Source of the DNA: PVC group bacterium | GTDB lineage: Bacteria > Verrucomicrobiota > Kiritimatiellia > CAIKKV01 > CAITUY01 | Direction of reading: 5' to 3' | DNA: 64,000 nucleotides | Assembly: GCA_945890715.1 (NCBI GenBank) | Contig: CAMDCX010000001.1 | Span: 13,751-77,750 of the forward strand | Shown here: one piece after another, positions 57,504 through 64,000 of the stretch | Position numbering within the stretch: the first letter of the stretch is position 1 | How the letters are laid out: every line of letters begins with the position of its first letter | Translations under genes and position numbers: made by a program | The notes under the pieces: model-generated | What the model was told of the DNA's origin: nothing | Databases searched by the model: none | What the model saw: the letters and a program-made list of their open reading frames with translations, nothing else

Positions 57504-58151
57504 TCAGATGCAGGTTCTTCCGGTTGCTCGTTCAAACTGGCGCATGATGACGGCACGAACTTCATGCAGGGTGGGACAGGTCGGGCCCAGGATCGCCTTG
57601 AGGGATGTGACCTTTTCACCCTGCAAGCCGCAGGGGATGATGGTGTTGAATCCAGCCAAATCAACGTCCACATTGAAGCTCATGCCGTGCGAGGAAACCC
57701 ATTTTTTGAAACGGACGCCGATGGCCGCCAACTTTCCCGATTCGGTCCAGACCCCCGTTTTTCCTTTTCTCCGGAAGGCAGGGACGATGAATGCGTCGGC
57801 TGTTTGGATGGCGATTTCCTCTAGTTTATTGACGAAGGCGTGCGCATCGGCCTCCGCCCCGGTGAGTTTCATGATGGGGTAGAGAATCAGCTGGCCCGGG
57901 GCGTGGTAGGTCACATCACCCCCGCGGGGCGTTTCATAAAGAGCGATTCCCCGACGGAGCAGGGCCTCAGCAGAGAGTAGAAGATGCTCGGGCTTGGTCC
58001 GGACCCCCATGGTGATCACCGGGCTGTGCTCCAGAATGAGGAGCGTGTCCGGAATTTCGTCCGCCTGCCTTTGCCCAACGAGCTTGTCCTGAAGCGTCAG
58101 GGCCTCAGGGTAGGGGACGGGATTGGGGAAAACCATGACCCGCATATTCAT
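57504..58151 (-). CDS. lipB: Lipoyl(octanoyl) transferase
   Basis: 'LEH..V.T.G', 'RGGDVTYH.PGQ', 'K.AAIG', 'IIPCG'. Confidence 0.93.
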   Translation of the reverse strand: MNMRVMVFPNPVPYPEALTLQDKLVGQRQADEIPDTLLILEHSPVITMGVRTKPEHLLLSAEALLRRGIALYETPRGGDVTYHAPGQLILYPIMKLTGAEADAHAFVNKLEEIAIQTADAFIVPAFRRKGKTGVWTESGKLAAIGVRFKKWVSSHGMSFNVDVDLAGFNTIIPCGLQGEKVTSLKAILGPTCPTLHEVRAVIMRQFERATGRTCI

Positions 58152-59032
58152 GAGATGCGCTTGATGGTGTATTCCGCGAGGGCGATCAGGGGTTGCGGAT
58201 CGCCCGGGAGCGGTCGAATAGCCGCCACAGCGTCACGAATCAGGGCCTCCGCCTTATCCCGACTGGCCTGCAGCCCATGAACCGTGACATAGGTCAGTTT
58301 TTTCAGCTGTTCATCATTGCCCACGGGCTTCCCCAGTTGTTCCGGGGTGGAGGTCACATTCAGGATGTCGTCGGCAATTTGGAACGCAAGCCCTGCCGAG
58401 TCGCCGTAATGAGTCAGGGCGTCCAGCGAAGCGGGCGAAGCGCCGCCGCAAATCCCGCCCATGCGCACTGCCGCCCGGATCAGGGCGGCCGTTTTATGGC
58501 GGTGAATGTAGTCCAGAAGGTCGGCATCGGGATCCGTACCCTCGGCTGAAAGATCCTCGACTTGTCCGCCGATCACGCCCTGGCTTCCCCCTGCGATGGC
58601 GAGCTCCAGTGAAAGTTGGTTTGGAGAATAGGGGGGGGGTGCCTGGATTCCGGCAAGCCACTCGAAAGCCAGAGTCAGAAGGGCGTCGCCCGCCAGAAGA
58701 GCATTGGCCTCGCCGAACATGATATGGGAGGTGGGTCGCCCGCGGCGGAGTTCGTCGTCATCCATACAGGGAAGATCATCATGGATCAGGGTGTAGGTAT
58801 GGAGGATTTCCGTGGCAAGACCCGCCATGAGTGCCAATTCCGGCCTCCCTCCCACGGATTCACAGGCCGCCAGGCACAGGATGGGGCGCAGGCGTTTTCC
58901 GCCTGCCATGACGGAATATCGCATGGCCCGGTGCAGAATGGCAGGACGTGTTGTTTCGGGTGGCATCGTTCTTTCGAGCCCCGCCTCAACAATAGTTTTC
59001 CGCGCTTCAAGATAGGCATTCAAATCAAACAT
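58148..59032 (-). CDS. ispA: Polyprenyl (farnesyl/geranylgeranyl) diphosphate synthase
   Basis: 'GGKRLRP', 'LIHDDLPCMDDDELRRG', 'FQIADDIL'. Confidence 0.93.
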   Translation of the reverse strand: MFDLNAYLEARKTIVEAGLERTMPPETTRPAILHRAMRYSVMAGGKRLRPILCLAACESVGGRPELALMAGLATEILHTYTLIHDDLPCMDDDELRRGRPTSHIMFGEANALLAGDALLTLAFEWLAGIQAPPPYSPNQLSLELAIAGGSQGVIGGQVEDLSAEGTDPDADLLDYIHRHKTAALIRAAVRMGGICGGASPASLDALTHYGDSAGLAFQIADDILNVTSTPEQLGKPVGNDEQLKKLTYVTVHGLQASRDKAEALIRDAVAAIRPLPGDPQPLIALAEYTIKRIS

Positions 59033-59370
59033 GATGATCTCTATATCACATTCCCCACTGTAATCGTAATCTTAATCTCCTGGATTCCTAAACGAAGTAA
59101 AGATGAGCCCAGTGAGATGACCCACATAACAGTACTCAACTGCGTATCCTGCGGGTAGAGATATCAACACCTTCACACCACGGGTGAAAAAAGCAGAAAT
59201 ATTTAGAAGAATCCACTCCGCGGTAGGGTTCTACCCCATAGAACAAGGCCGGAGCGTGGACTAACTTAGAGACGGCAAGCAGGCAAACAGACGGCAGGAG
59301 ACGTGGCACTCCGGGCTTAGGCACTGTTGGATGCGATCAATCGAGTCATGGAAGGTGGAGTGAAACCGGA

Positions 59371-59868
59371 ATGAGTCTTGAACCGACAACATCCATGCTT
59401 CCCGACGGCGGGAGGCACGTCGTCGTCATAAGGTTCGGCGACATCAGGATTGCCTTGCGCCTTTCCGTGGTCGAGCGGGTAATCAGGGCGGTGACCGTTA
59501 CCACGGTGGCTGACGCCCCCGCGGACGTCGGCGGTCTGGTGAATGTTCACGGCACGGTGATCCCCATTCTTGACATCCGTTGTGTGTTTGGCGTTCCCCG
59601 GAAAGCCATTGTGCCTGCCGACCTGTTTGTCATTGCGGGGGCTGGCCAACGGAGGGTCGCCATACCGGTTGAGGAAGTGTTGGGCGTCGCCAAACCCGCG
59701 CCAGGCGCGGCCGTGCCGGCTGGCGACATTCTTCCCGGACTGGTCGGCTTCATTGAGGGCGCCGTCACGTTGGAAGACAGTATGATTCTGATATATGACC
59801 TGGAGCGGTTCCTGCGAAAAAATGGTTCGTTTCTTTTCGATCACGTTGTGCCTGGAGTTTCGCCATGA
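59371..59868 (+). CDS. cheW: CheW-like adaptor
   Basis: 'V.RVI', 'GLVNVHGTVIPILD', 'V.EVLGV'. Confidence 0.85.
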   Translation: MSLEPTTSMLPDGGRHVVVIRFGDIRIALRLSVVERVIRAVTVTTVADAPADVGGLVNVHGTVIPILDIRCVFGVPRKAIVPADLFVIAGAGQRRVAIPVEEVLGVAKPAPGAAVPAGDILPGLVGFIEGAVTLEDSMILIYDLERFLRKNGSFLFDHVVPGVSP

Positions 59869-61349
59869 ACACGGTTGCCATGAAACAAGATACGCTGGAG
59901 GCCGTAAGCAACCTGATCGAACGGCGCCTGGGGCTCCATTTTCCATCTGAACGCCACGACGTTCTTGCCCGCGGATTGGAGCGCGGCGGCACGGAGATGG
60001 GCTTTGCCGATTCCGAGGCGTGCGCGATCCGTCTTCTGGCCACTGGAATCACCCCGGCGGAACAGGACACTCTGGCGCTGGCATTGACGGTGGGCGAAAC
60101 CTATTTTTTCCGCGAACCTGCCGCTCTGAAAGCCCTTGAGGAGCACGTCCTGCCCGAACTGATCGCAGTACGCGGCAAAAGCGGGGAAAGGCGAATCCGA
60201 ATGTGGAGCGCCGGTTGCTGCACCGGCGAAGAGGCGTACACGCTGGCCATCATGCTCACCCGGCTGATTCCTTCTTTGACCGAATGGGACATCACGATTC
60301 TGGCCACCGATATCAACCCTGACTCCCTGCGTAAGGCCAGGGTCGGTCGATATCGGGAATGGTCGTTCCGGGGCGCACCTGCCTGGCTCAAGACCGGCTA
60401 TTTCAGCAAGTCCGCAAGCGACGAATACGAACTCGCCGAGCGCGTGCGGCAAATGGTCAGTTTCTCCTATCTGAATCTCGTCGACGACGTCTACCCGTCG
60501 CTGGTGAATAATACGTCGGCCATGGATGTCATTCTGTGTCGAAACGTGATGATGTATTTTTCCGCTGATCGCGCCAAACTGGTGGCCGGACGATTCCACC
60601 GGGCGCTTCTGGACGGCGGCTGGCTTGTCATGAGTCCCAGCGAGGGCTGCGCCGGGAGTTCCGCTCTTTTCGCCAGGGCGTCGTTCGACAACGCCTCGTT
60701 GTACCGGAAGAGTGGCGCCGTGGCGGTGCCCGTATTGCCGCCGTACGTCCTGTCTGCGACCGACCAGATGGGCGCCTGCGTCATTACCGGCTCGCCTCAG
60801 GCTCGCCCGCCAGGGAGTGATGTGATCCGTACGATATCACTCCCCACGGCACACTCGGAATCGCCCCTGGCGACCGCGGCCGCGGCATACGCGTGCGCGG
60901 ACTACGAAGCGGTCCTGGAGATCGCCGCCACCCTCCCGGAACCAGCGGTACCCGTTCTCGTGCTGGCGGCTCGCGCCTGCGCCAATCTCGGGCGGCTCGA
61001 CGAAGCCTTGGCGTGGTGTCGAACGGCCTTGGAACGTGACAAGCTGCACGCCTCCGTCCACCATCTGCAGGCGACCGTTCTCGTGGCCAAACACGACGAA
61101 CCCGCCGCGCTGGAAGCGCTGAAGCGCGTCCTGTACCTGGAGCCCCATTCCGTCCTGGCCCACTTCACAACGGCGAATCTCATGCTCCAGACCGGAGAAC
61201 CTGCCAAGGCCATGAAGTACTTCCGCAAGACCATGAGTCTCCTCCGTGCGCTGGATGACAGCGCGGTGGTTCCCGACAGCGATGGCATGACTGCGGAAAG
61301 GCTGAAAGTCATGGTGAAACACATTCAGGAAAGTTTGGCGAGAACATGA
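59865..61349 (+). CDS. cheR: CheR methyltransferase with C-terminal TPR (WspC-like)
   Basis: 'VGETYFFRE', 'WSAGCCTGEEAY', 'ATDIN', 'CRNVMMYF', TPR helices. Confidence 0.92.
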   Translation: MNTVAMKQDTLEAVSNLIERRLGLHFPSERHDVLARGLERGGTEMGFADSEACAIRLLATGITPAEQDTLALALTVGETYFFREPAALKALEEHVLPELIAVRGKSGERRIRMWSAGCCTGEEAYTLAIMLTRLIPSLTEWDITILATDINPDSLRKARVGRYREWSFRGAPAWLKTGYFSKSASDEYELAERVRQMVSFSYLNLVDDVYPSLVNNTSAMDVILCRNVMMYFSADRAKLVAGRFHRALLDGGWLVMSPSEGCAGSSALFARASFDNASLYRKSGAVAVPVLPPYVLSATDQMGACVITGSPQARPPGSDVIRTISLPTAHSESPLATAAAAYACADYEAVLEIAATLPEPAVPVLVLAARACANLGRLDEALAWCRTALERDKLHASVHHLQATVLVAKHDEPAALEALKRVLYLEPHSVLAHFTTANLMLQTGEPAKAMKYFRKTMSLLRALDDSAVVPDSDGMTAERLKVMVKHIQESLART

Positions 61350-61894
61350 ACACGGCAAGCCACACAGACCAAAGTATTCTCGATGCGCGGGCCAGGGAAC
61401 TTGCGCGGCCCATTTCACGCAGGACAAGTGCCGAAGGGCAGCTCGCCGTTGTTGAGTTCCAGTTGGCTCACGAGTGCTACGCCATCGAGAGTCGGTTCGT
61501 GGCGGAAGTGTTCCCTTTTGGCGACATCACACCCTTGCCAAGCACGCCTGCGTTTGTCGTCGGAATCGTTAATTTCCGGGGAAGAGTCCTCTCCGTCATT
61601 GACCTGAAGTTCTTCTTTCAGTTGCCGATGAAAGGTTTGAATGACCGCAACCGCGCCATCGTGCTGCGGTCGGGCAACATGGAGTTCGGTGTTTTGGTCG
61701 ATGCGATGCACGGCACCCGGCGCATCGCGCAGGAGACGTTGCAGGAGGCGCTGCCGACGCTCTCGGGTATCCGGGAGAAGTATCTCAAGGGTGTTACACC
61801 CGACGGCGTGGTGGTCCTGGACGGCGGCAAGTTGCTTGCGGATGACGCACTGGTAGTGAGGGACCGAACAAACAAAGGAGAACGCGAACCATGA
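61346..61894 (+). CDS. cheW: CheW-like adaptor (WspD-like)
   Basis: 'ILDARARELARP', 'GIVNFRGRVLSVIDL'. Confidence 0.9.
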   Translation: MNTASHTDQSILDARARELARPISRRTSAEGQLAVVEFQLAHECYAIESRFVAEVFPFGDITPLPSTPAFVVGIVNFRGRVLSVIDLKFFFQLPMKGLNDRNRAIVLRSGNMEFGVLVDAMHGTRRIAQETLQEALPTLSGIREKYLKGVTPDGVVVLDGGKLLADDALVVRDRTNKGEREP

Positions 61895-63735
61895 AAAAAC
61901 TGACGTTGGGCAAGAGAATGGGGCTGGCATTCGGCATATTGATCGTGTTGATGGGTGTACTTGGCGGCTTGGCGGCCTGGCGCATGAACCTGGCCGCAGT
62001 CAGTTCAGCGGATCTGTCCGCCAAATTCGTCCCGGAGGTCCTCGTCGCACAAAAGGTGGCCGTTGGTGCCTGGGCGACTCGGTTCAACATTCGCAACTAT
62101 ACCTTGACGGGCGATGAAGGCTTCCTGCTCAAAACCCGCAAAGGGATTGCCGCATTGAAAGACGAACTCAAAGCAGCGGACGAACTCGCGAAGGCCTATC
62201 CTGATCTCGTCGACCTGCGCCAGGGTGCGGTTGACTCCAGAATCGCTTTGGACACGTGGGAGGCGGACACCGACAAGATGGAGTCCGAACGCAATAACCT
62301 CAAGGTGCAGCACGGACTGCTCGATGCGGCCGGCGAGGCCTATATGCTGGCATGCCAGACGATGCGGGCTTCGGAAGAAAAGGCGATGAAGACTGAAATC
62401 GCCACGAACGCGGCCCCGGCCACACTAGACGAGCAGCTGACGAAACTCGTTAGGATGCAGATGTTGATCGACCATGGCATGGCCATTCGCCTTAACAACT
62501 TCAAGGCTCAGGCTATGGACGACATGGAGGCCCTGCGCGATGTACTCAAGGACTTTGCGCCTCTCGAGGAAGCCTGCACTGGGTTGGGGCCGTTAATGCA
62601 CCAACAGGAGAACATCACCCAGTTGCGCCAGATCCGGGAATACGCGAGCCGTTACAAGGACGCCATGGAGGCGGTGCTGAAAATCCAACTGACCGTCAAT
62701 GAACTCAAGGAGAAACTAGCCAATAGCGCGACGGTGCTCGTGGCCAAGGGTGAAGGGGTGTCAACCGGTGGTCTGGAACGTACAGCGAAGGCGGCAACGG
62801 AGGGAGCGCAGGGTCTCAATGTCACGATTGCCATTCTGCTTGCGGGGTTGGTTGTCGCCCTGATCGTGGGGGTCGTGGTCGCCTGGCTGTCCACGCGCGC
62901 CATTGCCGGGCCAATCCGCGAAGGGGCACAAGTGCTGGTCGCCGCTGCCGGTGAGGTATCCGCCACGGTCAGCCAGATTGCCGCCAGCGCCGGGGAGACG
63001 GCCTCTGCTGTCGCTGAAACCAGCACGACGATCGACGAGGTTCGACAGACCGCGCAACTCGCAAGGGAAAGCGCGAAGGGCGTCTCGGACGGCGCCCAGA
63101 GCGCGGTTCGCACTTCGCACACGGGATCGGACGCCGTACGTGCGAGCGTGGACGGCCTGAAGCGGATCGGCGAACAGATGAAGGCGATCACGCGCTCGGT
63201 CATGAGCATGAGTGAGAAGAGCCAGGCGATCGGCGACATCATCACCACCGTCAACGATCTGGCCGAACAGTCGAATCTTCTCGCCGTCAATGCCTCCATG
63301 GAGGCGGCCCGTGCAGGCGAACAGGGCCAAGCCTTTGCATCGGTGGCCGAGGAAATCCGTAGCCTTGCCAATCAATCCAAGGAAGCGACCAAGCAGGTGA
63401 GGGCGATTCTGAGTGACGTCCAGAAGGCGACAAGCACGGCCGTATTGACCACCGAACAGGGCGGCAAAGCCGTGCAGGAGGGGCAGAAACTCGCTGACCA
63501 GGCTGCGGAAGCCATCAACACCATGGCGGCAGCCATCACGCAGTCCGCCCAAGCCGCCATCCAGATCGCCGCATCAAGCCAACAGCAACTGGCCGGCACG
63601 GAACAGGTTGCCAACGCCATGGGGAACATCAAGGAAGCCAGCCTGCAGAACCAGGCGAGTACCACGCAACTGGCTACGGCTGCACGTAACCTGCAGGATC
63701 TGGGGATGAACTTGCGGAAACTGGTGGAGGGGTGA
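61891..63735 (+). CDS. Methyl-accepting chemotaxis protein
   Basis: Two TM segments, helical periplasmic domain, hairpin tip 'QSNLLAVNASMEAARAGEQG.AFA.VAEEIR.LA'. Confidence 0.93.
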   Translation: MKKLTLGKRMGLAFGILIVLMGVLGGLAAWRMNLAAVSSADLSAKFVPEVLVAQKVAVGAWATRFNIRNYTLTGDEGFLLKTRKGIAALKDELKAADELAKAYPDLVDLRQGAVDSRIALDTWEADTDKMESERNNLKVQHGLLDAAGEAYMLACQTMRASEEKAMKTEIATNAAPATLDEQLTKLVRMQMLIDHGMAIRLNNFKAQAMDDMEALRDVLKDFAPLEEACTGLGPLMHQQENITQLRQIREYASRYKDAMEAVLKIQLTVNELKEKLANSATVLVAKGEGVSTGGLERTAKAATEGAQGLNVTIAILLAGLVVALIVGVVVAWLSTRAIAGPIREGAQVLVAAAGEVSATVSQIAASAGETASAVAETSTTIDEVRQTAQLARESAKGVSDGAQSAVRTSHTGSDAVRASVDGLKRIGEQMKAITRSVMSMSEKSQAIGDIITTVNDLAEQSNLLAVNASMEAARAGEQGQAFASVAEEIRSLANQSKEATKQVRAILSDVQKATSTAVLTTEQGGKAVQEGQKLADQAAEAINTMAAAITQSAQAAIQIAASSQQQLAGTEQVANAMGNIKEASLQNQASTTQLATAARNLQDLGMNLRKLVEG

Positions 63736-63736
63736 A

Positions 63737-63770
63737 GATCAGAAGGCAGAGGACAGAGAACAGAGGTCAG
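63737..63770 (+). repeat. CAGAGGA-like heptamer tandem repeat
   Basis: AGATCAGAAGGCAGAGGACAGAGAACAGAGGTCAG between the MCP and cheA. Confidence 0.55.
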
Positions 63771-63774
63771 CGGT

Positions 63775-64000
63775 ATGGCACAGGCAAACGATAACGCCGT
63801 TCTGAAAAGCATCATGGTGACGTTCAAGGCGGAAGCCGAAGAACACCTCTTGGCTATTTCAGAAGGATTGACCGAACTGCGACGGATGCCGCCGTCCGGC
63901 GCGCGCGCTGAGGTTGTGGAGCGAATCTACCGCGATACGCACAGCCTCAAGGGCGCGGCCCGTTCCGTGGGCCTGGAGATGATCGAGGCGATCTGCCAGA
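63775..64000 (+). CDS. cheA: CheA-like kinase, N-terminal HPt domain (3' truncated by window edge)
   Basis: Manual translation MAQANDNAVLKSIMVTFKAEAEEHL...IYRDTHSLKGAARSVG contains the HSLKG phosphoacceptor motif. Confidence 0.88.
   Translation, partial: MAQANDNAVLKSIMVTFKAEAEEHLLAISEGLTELRRMPPSGARAEVVERIYRDTHSLKGAARSVGLEMIEAICQ

Noticed and set aside
59275-59340. Possible c-di-GMP-I riboswitch or sigma54 promoter before the che cluster
   Set aside because: GGCAAAC and GACG are present but the GAAA tetraloop stem and GCAAA are missing; neither GGCAC has GC at the required 10-nt spacing.
1-64000. CRISPR arrays, tRNA/rRNA genes, integrases, transposases, prophage genes
   Set aside because: None recognised by eye; repeats are isolated doublets or short tandem units, not repeat-spacer arrays.

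Overview
GC-rich bacterial chromosomal window from a probable anaerobe. The PVC affiliation (Kiritimatiellae/Verrucomicrobia-like) is an inference from gene style and order such as dnaK-groES-groEL-rpoZ-smpB. Most of the window is housekeeping: alaS end, lpxK, waaF, pheST, dtd, rfbB, prfB with a programmed +1 frameshift, yicC, gmk, tatD, yebC-ruvC-ruvA/ruvB, chaperones, proBA, lipB, ispA. Anaerobic energy and redox genes include a group 3d HoxFUYHW hydrogenase, PFOR and a flavodiiron protein. There is a small accessory islet (higBA, rhuM), and a Wsp-like chemosensory cluster begins at the right edge. The most unusual block is 17.2-22.8 kb: a tightly packed operon of a corrinoid (DxHxxG) protein, an MtaA/UroD-fold protein with non-canonical metal ligands, and a soluble histidine kinase whose input domain resembles DUF1638, facing a divergent REC-PP2C phosphatase and a SAM methyltransferase. 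This looks like a corrinoid/methyl-transfer module rewired as a signalling system. Also visible are a sigma54 promoter with paired activator sites before dnaK, a candidate Rex box before the hox operon, and several REP-like palindrome families. All family calls come from motif recognition by eye; no database searches were run.
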